Positions 1 to 9,773 of a stretch of DNA of 64,000 bases are shown one piece after another (the first letter of the stretch is position 1; each line of letters starts with the position of its first letter). This stretch comes from an uncultured Clostridia bacterium. GTDB taxonomy: Bacteria; Bacillota; Clostridia; Christensenellales; CAG-917. Under the pieces are notes generated by a model. That model ran no database searches. It had not been told where the DNA came from and was given only the letters and a program-made list of their open reading frames with translations. The translations under genes and the position numbers were made by a program. The stretch is from contig CAKQGN010000005.1 in the NCBI GenBank assembly GCA_934233745.1, positions 37,257-101,256 of the forward strand, written 5' to 3'.

Positions 1-1
1 G

Positions 2-1528
2 CTTGCCGAGCCTGCTATCAAGGCGGTGCGCTCCAAAAAGACGGAGTTTATCCCAAAGAGATTTGAAAATACCTACTTCAACTGGATGGAAAATATTCGC
101 GACTGGTGTATTTCCCGTCAACTTTGGTGGGGACACAGAATCCCTGCGTACTACTGCGATGACTGCGGCGAAATGATCGTTTCAAAAACGGCTGTGGATA
201 CTTGCCCGAAATGCGGAGGACATCGTATACATCAGGACGAAGACGTGCTTGACACCTGGTTCAGCTCGGCATTGTGGCCTTTCAGCACTCTCGGATACCC
301 CAAGAAGACAAAGAATCTGAGCTATTTCTATCCCACAAACGTGCTTGTGACGGGATACGATATCATCTTCTTCTGGGTTGCGAGAATGATTTTCAGCGGT
401 ATAGAGTTTATGGGCGAAGTGCCGTTCAGCGAAGTGCTTATTCACGGACTCGTGCGCGACGCTCAGGGTAGAAAGATGTCAAAGAGCCTCGGCAACGGCA
501 TCGACCCGCTCGAAATCATCGACAAGTACGGCGCGGACGCGCTGCGTTTCTCGCTTGCAACCGGTATTGCGCCGGGCAGCGATACGAGATTTACCGACGG
601 GAAAATCGAGAGTTGCAGAAACTTTGTCAATAAACTCTGGAATGCGTCCAGATTTGTCATCATGAACATCAAAGACGATGACGATTTGACTTTGCCGTCA
701 AGATTCAACGGTGCGGATAAATGGATTCTAACCCGTCTGAACGACGTCATAAAGGAAGTGACTATCAACCTCAACAAGTACGAAATCGGGCTTGCGGCGG
801 CAAGGCTTTACGATTTTGTGTGGAGCGAGTTCTGCGACTGGTATATCGAGATGAGCAAGACCATGCTCTATTCCGAGGATAAGAAACAGCACAACCACGC
901 AATCGCCATGCTTGCGTATGTGCTTGCGCAGATTCTCAAACTTCTGCACCCGTTTATCCCCTTTGTCACAGAGGAGATTTACTCCAAGTTTGCACCGAAG
1001 GGCAGCGTGCTGATGGTTCAGGACTGGCCGTCTTACAACAAGCACAGAGTGTTCAGAAAGGAAGAAGCGCAATTTGAGGGATTGAGAGAGATTATCTCAT
1101 CTATACGAAACCTGCGCAACGAGATGAACGTTGTTCCGTCAAAGAAGATAAACGCCTATGTCATCGCAAAAGATCCGAAATTTATTGAATCTTCAAGCGC
1201 ATATATCCAAAAACTTGCGGGAGTGGGAGATATTACTCTTGTCGAGGACAGAAACGGACTCGGCGCAAAGGTGAGCGCAATCGTTACGCACGACGCCGAA
1301 ATCCTCGTTCCGCTCGGCGAACTCATCGACGAGGACAAGGAGAGAGAACGTATCAATCAGGAAATCGAACAAATCCTTCAAATCATCAAGAAAACCGAAA
1401 CACTTTTGGCAAATACGGGATTTGTTTCAAAAGCTCCTCAAAAACTCATCGACAACGAAAAAGATAAACTTCAAAAAGCAAACGAAAAACTTGCAAAACT
1501 CAAAGACAAACTTGCAATGTTCGATTAA
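2..1528 (+). CDS. valS: valyl-tRNA synthetase, C-terminal ~509 aa (5' end lies outside window)
   Basis: Reading frame is open to the window edge. KMSKS loop seen as RKMSKSLGNGIDP, plus WWGHRIP. C-terminal coiled coil KDKLQKANEKLAKLKDKL. Confidence 0.95.
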   Translation, partial: LAEPAIKAVRSKKTEFIPKRFENTYFNWMENIRDWCISRQLWWGHRIPAYYCDDCGEMIVSKTAVDTCPKCGGHRIHQDEDVLDTWFSSALWPFSTLGYPKKTKNLSYFYPTNVLVTGYDIIFFWVARMIFSGIEFMGEVPFSEVLIHGLVRDAQGRKMSKSLGNGIDPLEIIDKYGADALRFSLATGIAPGSDTRFTDGKIESCRNFVNKLWNASRFVIMNIKDDDDLTLPSRFNGADKWILTRLNDVIKEVTINLNKYEIGLAAARLYDFVWSEFCDWYIEMSKTMLYSEDKKQHNHAIAMLAYVLAQILKLLHPFIPFVTEEIYSKFAPKGSVLMVQDWPSYNKHRVFRKEEAQFEGLREIISSIRNLRNEMNVVPSKKINAYVIAKDPKFIESSSAYIQKLAGVGDITLVEDRNGLGAKVSAIVTHDAEILVPLGELIDEDKERERINQEIEQILQIIKKTETLLANTGFVSKAPQKLIDNEKDKLQKANEKLAKLKDKLAMFD

Positions 1529-1537
1529 GGAGGCAAA

Positions 1538-2398
1538 GTGAGAGTAAAAGACAGCACAAAAAGCAATCTTTGTTTTAAGCGGACATGGAAATACTTTTTC
1601 GATAAGGGCGCGTATCTTATGCTTATGAGCGTTGCGCCGGCTCTGTTGTTGCCGTTTTTGCTTTCTCCGTCTTCGACGCTGTATTATCTTTTCGAGTATA
1701 AGACCATTGACCCGAAAAACTTTGCCGACATGTATACGAGCATGCGCGAGTTGCCGTTTTCGTATTGGTATCTGGGCGTGATAGGGCTGTTGTTGCTGGT
1801 GTTTTTTGTTGCGATAATGTACGGCGTTATCGATACGCACATGCGCATAGGCGTTTTTACCATTGCGCCCGACAGAGTGAAAACAAGGCTCAACTTCAAT
1901 TTGTTGACATCGCTCACTTTTTGTGTGCTTGCGCTTGCGTCTTTCGAAGTGTTCAACTTGCTGGGAACGGTGCTGTATTATCTATGGTGGGTGACGTTCA
2001 AAAGCAGGGTGACATGGCTTGTGTTTTCCTCGTTGACGCTTGTCATAATGCAGTTTTCCATGATTCTGATTATGTCAATCGTCATTTTATGGCCGCCATA
2101 TTGCCTGCACACGGGGCTTCCGATGAAGGGGGCGTTGCGACAAGCCGTTCGCAGTATTTCGGGGAAATTGGCAAAAACGTTCTTTACGATTCTGTTGTCG
2201 ATTATTCCCGTCGAGCTTTGCATGATAATCACGGGGGCACTGCATTGCGGCGTGGTTGCGGAAGTTTTGTTGGACGCAATCGCTTATCTGTATGTCGTGC
2301 CGTTTTATATAACGCTGATGTACAACATATTTTATGAAGTTTCGGGAACGGAACGTATGGATTTGGAGCAAGAAAAAAAGGATATTTGGTCAAAATGA
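1538..2398 (+). CDS. polytopic membrane protein, function unknown
   Basis: GTG start 4 nt after AAGGAGG (1527-1533). Several long hydrophobic segments. No catalytic motif recognised. Confidence 0.6.
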   Translation: MRVKDSTKSNLCFKRTWKYFFDKGAYLMLMSVAPALLLPFLLSPSSTLYYLFEYKTIDPKNFADMYTSMRELPFSYWYLGVIGLLLLVFFVAIMYGVIDTHMRIGVFTIAPDRVKTRLNFNLLTSLTFCVLALASFEVFNLLGTVLYYLWWVTFKSRVTWLVFSSLTLVIMQFSMILIMSIVILWPPYCLHTGLPMKGALRQAVRSISGKLAKTFFTILLSIIPVELCMIITGALHCGVVAEVLLDAIAYLYVVPFYITLMYNIFYEVSGTERMDLEQEKKDIWSK

Positions 2399-2455
2399 CA
2401 AACTACGCAGGTTTCGGCTTGCATGATGATATGAGGCTTTGCCTCGGAGAACTAT

Positions 2456-3481
2456 ATGGAATTTAAATACTCGCTATCCCTGTTGTTTTCAAACCTGGGA
2501 CATGCATTCAAAATCTTTTTGTGGATTGTATTATGTCTAGTGTTGTCACTCGCCATCGGCGCAGCGATAATACTTCCTATATGGAATGTGATTGCTTCAT
2601 CGACCGATGTCAACACCTGCGTCATGGCAATCAAAGACAGTTTAGCCACGGTATGGAACGGCACGTCGACGATACGAGCGTCCATAGGGGATATGCTGCG
2701 TTCTATAACCGATATTTTCGGCGTTTTGACGCAAAATCCGGGTATAACAACGGGACTTGTATTTGCCGCAATATTCGTATATGCCGTTTATTGCTTTGTT
2801 TTCGGACTTTCCTATTATACGAACGCCGATATTATCAACAATGTTATGGCGTCGAATATGCGTTACGGATTTGCGAGCAATATGGCTCTCAATTTCAAAA
2901 AATGCTGCAAATACTCCGCTGCGCGTCTTACGATAACACTTCCGATCGACTTGATTTTTGTCACGATTATGTTGTGCATATTGTTCGGATTGTTCGAGCA
3001 GATATCCTATTTTGTGATTCCGATCCTGATGGTTGTGGGAATTGTGATATGTTCTCTGCGCGCCACGCTCCTTGCAGGGTGGTTGCCGAGAATGATTTTC
3101 CATCCCGAAGAGAACGTGTATACGAGTTTTACGAGAAGTTTGACATATGTCAAAAGCAATGTCGGCGGATTGTTCAAGTCTTATGCCGTAACCTTCACGA
3201 TAGTCTATCTTTTTGCAACGGTTTTCGCAATCCCGACGGGCGGACTTATGTCCCTTGTGCTTCCCAGTATGTATTATTTCATGCTTCGCGCAATAGAGCT
3301 TATCGGCTATTACAAAACGAAAGGATTGAGTTTTTACACCGACGCCACAACGGTCATAAATACCGTCGAGTACGGTTTCAGAGCCGAGCAACAAACGGAG
3401 AACTTCGATTTTGAAACGCAAGACGACGCTCGGATAAAAATCGACGAATCCTTGCAAGACAACCCAAAAGACGAACAATAA
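2456..3481 (+). CDS. polytopic membrane protein, function unknown
   Basis: 341-aa ORF with repeated hydrophobic helices and an acidic C-terminal tail. Same strand and tight spacing with its neighbours. Confidence 0.6.
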   Translation: MEFKYSLSLLFSNLGHAFKIFLWIVLCLVLSLAIGAAIILPIWNVIASSTDVNTCVMAIKDSLATVWNGTSTIRASIGDMLRSITDIFGVLTQNPGITTGLVFAAIFVYAVYCFVFGLSYYTNADIINNVMASNMRYGFASNMALNFKKCCKYSAARLTITLPIDLIFVTIMLCILFGLFEQISYFVIPILMVVGIVICSLRATLLAGWLPRMIFHPEENVYTSFTRSLTYVKSNVGGLFKSYAVTFTIVYLFATVFAIPTGGLMSLVLPSMYYFMLRAIELIGYYKTKGLSFYTDATTVINTVEYGFRAEQQTENFDFETQDDARIKIDESLQDNPKDEQ

Positions 3482-3523
3482 TCGCAAAAGTGCGTGATGT
3501 AAGAGAGAATTTTAGGAGTAAAT

Positions 3524-4003
3524 ATGAAGTTTAGAATGAATTTCGGCATTGTAAAAACAGTCATTGTCACAGTGATTATTCTCGGCGCGCTTGCCGTTTG
3601 CGCGCTTGACATAGCAATGCTTGCAGGCGCAAACGGCGTTGCGACTTCGCAACCTGCGGTGGCGTGGGTTTCGATAGTTGCGGCAGCGATTATTGCCGTT
3701 GCGGCTATGCTTGTTCTTTTCAACAGCTACTATGGATTCAAAGAGGACAAAATTGTTTCCGTCCTCGGCTTTTTTGTTGACAAAATCAAGTACGACGACG
3801 TCGTGTGCATAAAGCAAAACAGCTTGACGGGTGAGATTTATCTCATTGTAAAAGGACTTAGAGAGCAGGACGGAGAGGTGAGCTTCAAAGTGAATATCGC
3901 TCCGCAAAAAACCGACGCTTTCATCCATGAAATGCGCAATCATATCGGTGAGATTATCGTTGAAGTGTTCACTCCCGAAAAAAAGAATAAAGACAAAAAG
4001 TAA
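3524..4003 (+). CDS. small membrane protein (two N-terminal TM helices plus a soluble C-terminal domain)
   Basis: AGGAG RBS precedes the ATG. Two hydrophobic helices are followed by a ~90-aa beta-rich region and a lysine tail. Confidence 0.55.
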   Translation: MKFRMNFGIVKTVIVTVIILGALAVCALDIAMLAGANGVATSQPAVAWVSIVAAAIIAVAAMLVLFNSYYGFKEDKIVSVLGFFVDKIKYDDVVCIKQNSLTGEIYLIVKGLREQDGEVSFKVNIAPQKTDAFIHEMRNHIGEIIVEVFTPEKKNKDKK

Positions 4004-4064
4004 GAAACAAACACATCGATACACATCGAAAATTTGTTTTATCCGAAAAATGTTTTGACGCAAT

Positions 4065-6272
4065 ATGATAGAAATAATCGACAAACCGACATTTTATTTG
4101 AACGGCAATCTCGTATCCGAACGCGAATTGATTGCAAAAGGCGTAAAACCGACAGGGGAAAAGGGCACGATAGCGTACTCTGTATTGTCTTGCCATAACG
4201 TTTCTCGCAACGAGCGAAAACTCAGCATATATTTCGACGCGTTGGCATCTCACGATATTACTTATGTCGGAATAATCAATTCTGCAAAAGCAAGCGGACT
4301 AAAAGAATTCCCCGTGCCGTATGTGCTTACAAACTGTCACAATTCGCTTTGCGCAGTCGGAGGCACAATAAATGAGGACGACCACGTTTTCGGCTTGTCT
4401 TGCGCAAAGAAATACGGCGGCATTTACGTTCCTGCAAACGTTGCGGTTATTCACAGTTTTATGAGAGAGATGTTTGCAGGTTGCGGAAAAATGATTTTGG
4501 GTTCGGATTCGCACACAAGATATGGCGCAATCGGAACCATGGCAATCGGCGAGGGCGGTCCCGAACTCGTCAAGCAACTTTTGCGACGTACATACGATAT
4601 AGACTATCCGCGTATAATTGCCGTCTGTCTGAAAGGCAAGGTGAGAAAAGGCGTCGGACCTCAGGACGTCGCTCTTGCTCTTATAGGCAAAGTGTTCAAG
4701 GACGGTTTTGTAAAAAACGCCGTGTTGGAATTCGTGGGCGACGGCATCAAAAATCTTTCCATGGAGTTCAGAAACGGAATAGACGTTATGACAACGGAAA
4801 GCGCATGTTTGTCATCCGTGTGGTGTACCGACGACAAGACCGAAGAATACCTCAGAACATACGGAAGAGAAAAAGATTATAAGAAACTGCAACCCGAAGA
4901 AGGCGCACAATATGACGGTGGAATCGTAATCGACCTTGAAAAGGTCGAGCCGATGATTGCTCTTCCGTTTCATCCTTCAAACGTGTACAAGCTCTCGGAT
5001 GTTATCGCTCATCCTTATGAGATATTATCGAAAGTCGAGAAGGAAGGGAACGCTTTGTTGGGACTCAAAGACGGAACGTTCAGACTGACCGACAAGATCG
5101 TCGACGGAAAAATAATCGTATCCCAAGGCGTTATCGCAGGTTGCGCGGGCGGCACGTATGACAACATTGCCGTTGCGGCGAATATTCTCAAAGGAAAGAG
5201 CGTCGGCAACGGAAGTTATTCGCTTGCGGTATATCCCGCCTCGCAACCGACAAATATCGCGCTTGTCAAAAACGGCATTGTCGCGTCTATGATGGAAAGC
5301 GGCGTGATTTTTAAGCCTTGTTTTTGCGGACCGTGTTTCGGTGCGGGAGATGTGCCGTGCAACAACGGGTTCAGCATTCGTCACACCACGAGAAATTTCG
5401 AAAGGCGAGAGGGAAGCAAGCCCGCAGACAACCAGATTGCGTCCGTTGCGCTTATGGATGCGCGCTCGATTGCGGCAACCAGTGCCAACGGAGGCGTTTT
5501 GACATCGGCACTTGATGTCGACTTCGACGATTCGATTGCCGAATTCACATACGATGACAAGGTGTATTCCTCGCGTGTGTACAACGGTTATGGCAAAGCC
5601 GATCCCGCCGTGTCGCTTGTGTACGGACCGAATATCACGGATATTCCGACACTCGAACCGCTGAAAAACAATCTCGCGCTAAAAATATGCAGCGTAATAA
5701 ACGATCCCGTCACCACGACAGACGAGCTTATACCGTCCGGGGAAACTTCGTCATACAGGAGCAACCCGCTCAGACTTGCCGAGTTTGCTTTGTCGAGGAA
5801 AGATCCGATGTATGTTGCCAAAAGCAAGGCGGTGCGCGACGGTGACAATCAAGATGTAAAAACGGCGTTGGCTTTGCTCGGTATGGATTGCAAAAACACA
5901 ACTATTGCCTCCTGTATATTTGCAACAAAACCCGGTGACGGTAGTGCCAGAGAGCAGGCGGCAAGCTGTCAGCGGTTCTTGGGCGGAGGGGCGAATATCG
6001 CAAGAGAGTATGCAACAAAACGCTATCGCTCCAATCTTATCAATTGGGGGATGTTGCCTCTTGTCGATACGAAAAACGACTATCGCAACGGAGATATTGT
6101 TGTTATTGCGAACATCGACGATGTAGTAAAACAAGGGAAAACGGAGTTTGACGCATATCTTGTGCGTGACAACTCAACAAAAAAAATCAACTTGACAATG
6201 GGCGTTCTGACCGATTCGGAAAAGCAAATTGTTCTTGACGGCTGCTTAATAAACTATTATCGGGCAAATTGA
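4065..6272 (+). CDS. aconitase-family hydratase (aconitate hydratase-like, 735 aa)
   Basis: Aconitase-family motifs GSDSHTRYG, CFCGPCFGAGD and TRNFERREG. A swivel-domain-like C-terminus is present. Confidence 0.8.
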   Translation: MIEIIDKPTFYLNGNLVSERELIAKGVKPTGEKGTIAYSVLSCHNVSRNERKLSIYFDALASHDITYVGIINSAKASGLKEFPVPYVLTNCHNSLCAVGGTINEDDHVFGLSCAKKYGGIYVPANVAVIHSFMREMFAGCGKMILGSDSHTRYGAIGTMAIGEGGPELVKQLLRRTYDIDYPRIIAVCLKGKVRKGVGPQDVALALIGKVFKDGFVKNAVLEFVGDGIKNLSMEFRNGIDVMTTESACLSSVWCTDDKTEEYLRTYGREKDYKKLQPEEGAQYDGGIVIDLEKVEPMIALPFHPSNVYKLSDVIAHPYEILSKVEKEGNALLGLKDGTFRLTDKIVDGKIIVSQGVIAGCAGGTYDNIAVAANILKGKSVGNGSYSLAVYPASQPTNIALVKNGIVASMMESGVIFKPCFCGPCFGAGDVPCNNGFSIRHTTRNFERREGSKPADNQIASVALMDARSIAATSANGGVLTSALDVDFDDSIAEFTYDDKVYSSRVYNGYGKADPAVSLVYGPNITDIPTLEPLKNNLALKICSVINDPVTTTDELIPSGETSSYRSNPLRLAEFALSRKDPMYVAKSKAVRDGDNQDVKTALALLGMDCKNTTIASCIFATKPGDGSAREQAASCQRFLGGGANIAREYATKRYRSNLINWGMLPLVDTKNDYRNGDIVVIANIDDVVKQGKTEFDAYLVRDNSTKKINLTMGVLTDSEKQIVLDGCLINYYRAN

Positions 6273-6390
6273 CTTTTGGCGGTTATACGCGCGGTTTTTC
6301 TCACCGAATATGAAAATCTGTCACCAACAGGCGATCGATTTCATAAATATTTATGCGAGGTGAGTTATAAAAATCGTCGTCAAAGTTGAT

Positions 6391-7371
6391 TTGGAAAGAA
6401 TAAAAAGAAATGTCGATTCGATAAAAAAACATGTCGGCGTCCCGATTATGATGATGGTAAAAGCCGACGGATACGGGCACGGAATTTGCAAAGTCGCGCA
6501 CTATGTCGAGTCGGCGGTCGACGCTTTCGGAGTCGAAACTCTCCAAGAGGGTTTGAAGCTAAAAAGAGCCGGGATAAAAAAGACAATCCTTGTTCTTGCA
6601 CTGAGCGGAAGCGAAATCGAAACGGCATGTAAAAACGGATTGACAATCGGATTGCATAATGAGGCTCAATTGTGCAAAATCGTCAATCTAATCGAGCAAA
6701 AACATATAAAACCAACCGATTTCGATGTTCAGTTCAAAGTCGACAGCGGCATGCACAGATTGGGTTTTGACGAATCGGCATTGAAAAGGGCACTGCAAAA
6801 AGCAGAAAGATTCAAACTGAACGTGTCGGGAGTATATTCGCACTTGCGAGATGATACAGACTATCAAAAAGGCGAGTTTGACAGACTTGCAGACATAGTC
6901 AAATCGTATTATCCGCAAGCAAAAAAACATCTTGCGTCAAGCCATTCTCTTTCAAATCCGAATTTGAGATACGATATGGTAAGACTCGGTATCAAGGCGT
7001 ACGAAGGAGCGATGAGCGCATATTCTCAAGTTATCGAATCGAGGTCGCTCAAAGCGAGCGAGCGAGTAAGTTACGGTGACTATGCGCTTGAAAAAGACAC
7101 AAACACCGCAGTGATTTTCGGCGGATATGCGGACGGAATTGCAAGGGAAAATCCTTCATCCGTATATATCCGAGGGCAAAAATGCAATGTAATCGGCAAT
7201 GTTTGCATGGATTGTTTTGTTGTCGATACAGGCGATTTTATTGCAAAATTCGGCGATGAAGTTGTGCTTTTTGACGAAAATACGATAAATAGGGTTGCGT
7301 GTGAGAGGAATACAATCGAATATACGGTTATGACGTCGCTAAGAGGCAGAATCAAACGGATATATGTTTGA
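6391..7371 (+). CDS. alr: alanine racemase (start codon uncertain, within 6364-6391)
   Basis: PLP-lysine motif VKADGYGHG, N-terminal VDLERIKRN and C-terminal VCMDCFVVD. The frame opens at 6364 with no ATG or GTG before the TTG at 6391. Confidence 0.85.
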   Translation: MERIKRNVDSIKKHVGVPIMMMVKADGYGHGICKVAHYVESAVDAFGVETLQEGLKLKRAGIKKTILVLALSGSEIETACKNGLTIGLHNEAQLCKIVNLIEQKHIKPTDFDVQFKVDSGMHRLGFDESALKRALQKAERFKLNVSGVYSHLRDDTDYQKGEFDRLADIVKSYYPQAKKHLASSHSLSNPNLRYDMVRLGIKAYEGAMSAYSQVIESRSLKASERVSYGDYALEKDTNTAVIFGGYADGIARENPSSVYIRGQKCNVIGNVCMDCFVVDTGDFIAKFGDEVVLFDENTINRVACERNTIEYTVMTSLRGRIKRIYV

Positions 7372-7397
7372 CAGCATGAGGAAAAAACAATACGGGT

Positions 7398-7973
7398 ATG
7401 GACAAACAACAAGCGAGAAAACTTGCAAAAGCTCGAGTATTAAGTTTGAGCGACGCGCAAAAAGAATGGGCGAGCGGCGCGATTGCCGACGCAATTTCTT
7501 CGATTGACGAATTTACTCGTGCGCACAAGGTTTTCGTATATCTAGGCACTCCAAACGAACCCGATACGGAAGAAATCGTCGGGCTTGCTCTTATGATGGA
7601 AAAGGTTGTTTGCGTGCCGAGAGTGTCGGGAAACGATATGCAGGCGATTGCAATCTCGCCGTTTACAAACTTCAAGACAAACAAGTGGGGTATTCTCGAA
7701 CCCGTCGGCTCGCATGAGGTCGACGACGTCGATGTGGCAGTTGTGCCTATGGTCGGATATGACGGTTTGAAACGTTTGGGACACGGCAAAGGGTTTTATG
7801 ACCGCTATCTTTCAACGCACGATTGCTTTGTTATAGGTCTTGCATTCGATTGTCAACAAGTCGAAGGTCTCGAAACGGGTGACTTTGATATTCCGCTCGA
7901 CATGCTTGTGACCGAAAAAAGAATAGTGGACGAAAACGGACAAAGAGAAAACCCGTTCTTTGCAAATATATAA
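7398..7973 (+). CDS. 5-formyltetrahydrofolate cyclo-ligase
   Basis: 191 aa carrying the family signature GHGKGFYDRYL and PMVGYD. Confidence 0.8.
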   Translation: MDKQQARKLAKARVLSLSDAQKEWASGAIADAISSIDEFTRAHKVFVYLGTPNEPDTEEIVGLALMMEKVVCVPRVSGNDMQAIAISPFTNFKTNKWGILEPVGSHEVDDVDVAVVPMVGYDGLKRLGHGKGFYDRYLSTHDCFVIGLAFDCQQVEGLETGDFDIPLDMLVTEKRIVDENGQRENPFFANI

Positions 7974-8086
7974 GCGCCTTTCTGTTTTGCAAATCGATAA
8001 GACTTTTGAGCATGACGTCGTTGTGTTTGTCGGCAAGTAATGCAAATGCAAAGATTGCATACAGCGAATGGATTTCGGAGATAAAA

Positions 8087-9097
8087 ATGAGAGTTGTGGC
8101 AGGAAAATACAGAGGCAAAAATCTTGCTTCGCCAAAGGATGACAGAGTTCGTCCTACAACGACCAGAATAAAAGAAACGCTTTTTAATGTCCTGCAAGGT
8201 TACAGTCAGGACGCAGTGGTGCTTGATTTGTTTGCCGGGAGCGGCGCGCTCGGCATCGAGTGTTTGTCGCGCGGAGCAAAAGAAGTCGTTTTTGCCGACA
8301 ACAACAAAGACAGCATAGAGCTTGTGCGCAAAAACTTGCAAGGAATTGACGGAAATTTCAAAGTCGTCAATTCGGACTTTTCCGCAGTGCTTCGCAACGC
8401 ATACGTAACGGGCAAAAAATTCGATATGATTTTTGTCGATCCGCCGTATGCAAGCGGACTGGGCGAGCTTGCGCTCGGCATGATTTTCGATATGAACTTG
8501 CTAAAAGACGACGGCGTAATCGTATTCGAACACGGGCAAGAAAAATCGTATGAAGTCAGCGACAAACGCTTTAAGCAACGCACAAAGAAGATGGGAACGG
8601 TGGTTGCCGAGTTTATCACACGCAAAAGCGTTGCGCTCATGGCAGGCAGTTTCGATCCTTTCACAAAAGGTCACGAAGCGGTGCTTGACGACGCTTTGTC
8701 ACGCTTTGACGAAGTGTGGGTTGCTTGTCTTGTCAATCCCGACAAAAAGTATTTGTTCAATTCGGCGCAACGTCTTGCCATCGTCGAGTGCGTCTGCAAA
8801 CAAAAGAAGGGAGCATATGCCGTCTATTCGGACAAATACGCCGTCGAAGTCGCCGAAGATGTCGGCGCAACCGTTCTTGTGAGAGGAATCCGCAATGACA
8901 AGGACAAAACATACGAAGAAAACATGGCAAAATTCAATCGCGAACATGGCTTTGAAACCGTATTTATCGAGCCTGACGTTTTTTCGGACATAAGCTCGAC
9001 AAAGGCTAAAGAGCAAATCGCAAACGGAGATTTTTCATCCATTCCGTCTTGCTGCGTACCGCTTATGACGTCAAAGGAATTTGCGACGCTTGATTAG
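8087..9097 (+). CDS. rsmD-coaD: fusion protein: 16S rRNA m2G966 methyltransferase RsmD domain plus phosphopantetheine adenylyltransferase CoaD domain
   Basis: GGAG RBS precedes ATG 8087. RsmD motifs LDLFAGSGALGIE and VDPPYA. There is no stop before the CoaD motif GSFDPFTKGH; its first beta-strand, SVALMAG, spans the junction. Confidence 0.8.
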   Translation: MRVVAGKYRGKNLASPKDDRVRPTTTRIKETLFNVLQGYSQDAVVLDLFAGSGALGIECLSRGAKEVVFADNNKDSIELVRKNLQGIDGNFKVVNSDFSAVLRNAYVTGKKFDMIFVDPPYASGLGELALGMIFDMNLLKDDGVIVFEHGQEKSYEVSDKRFKQRTKKMGTVVAEFITRKSVALMAGSFDPFTKGHEAVLDDALSRFDEVWVACLVNPDKKYLFNSAQRLAIVECVCKQKKGAYAVYSDKYAVEVAEDVGATVLVRGIRNDKDKTYEENMAKFNREHGFETVFIEPDVFSDISSTKAKEQIANGDFSSIPSCCVPLMTSKEFATLD

Positions 9098-9211
9098 AAT
9101 AACTGCCGATTTTACTCGGTCATACTGTTTATTGAACACGATAATGCGGGATAAATGCGTTTATCCTTGAAATTATAACGATAAATGAAAAATACACAAA
9201 AGGGGTGCTTT

Positions 9212-9661
9212 ATGGAAACCATCGATATGCTTATCAATGAAATCGAAAGTGAAGTTTTGAAAGCGAAAAAAGCGGCGTTCAGCAGCAGCGACATTGTCAT
9301 TAACAAAGCGGTTTTGCTTGACCTTATTTCACGTTTCAGAGCAAGCTATCCGCTTGTTTTGCGCGAGGCGACACAAATCAAAAAAGAGCGTGACGACATC
9401 ATAGAAAAAGCCGAAAAGTATGCAAACGAAACAATGGACAAGGCAGAGGAACAAGCCAAACGCCTTATGACCGAAACCGAAGTCTATTCACGTGCAAAAG
9501 CCGAAGCCGAAGCCATGCAACGCGAGGCGGAAGAAAACTATCACAAGATGGATTACGAAGCCCGTTCGCTTGCGTTCAACATTCTTGACAGTGCTGAAAA
9601 GAGCATGAAAGACAGCCTTGACATCATCAATGACAGAAAGAGAAAACTCGTTGAGGAATAA
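9212..9661 (+). CDS. coiled-coil protein, function unknown
   Basis: AAGGGG RBS precedes ATG 9212. Charged heptad-like sequence AEEQAKRLMTETEVYSRAKAEAEAMQREAEE. Confidence 0.5.
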   Translation: METIDMLINEIESEVLKAKKAAFSSSDIVINKAVLLDLISRFRASYPLVLREATQIKKERDDIIEKAEKYANETMDKAEEQAKRLMTETEVYSRAKAEAEAMQREAEENYHKMDYEARSLAFNILDSAEKSMKDSLDIINDRKRKLVEE

Positions 9662-9773
9662 GTAAGGCGCGTTTTTAGCAAAAAAGGAATATATCGAGTG
9701 AAAAATATATTCGCTGTGCGAATATTCTCGTCTTGCGACAAATAAATACAGACGAGTGATTTTTAGGTTGGAT

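Noticed and set aside
2521-3487. 297-aa (+, alternate frame) and 281-aa (-) ORFs overlapping the 2456..3481 membrane protein
   Set aside because: R/C-rich translations. The chosen frame gives regular hydrophobic helices.
8006-8086. N-terminal extensions offered by the ORF track (8006 for rsmD-coaD, also 28534..29352 for murI, 37587 for the methyltransferase, 58141 for rnhB, 46875 for rnc, 17434 for the AcnX small subunit)
   Set aside because: In each case an internal ATG with a recognisable RBS aligns with the expected family N-terminus. The extension overlaps the upstream gene or non-coding DNA.
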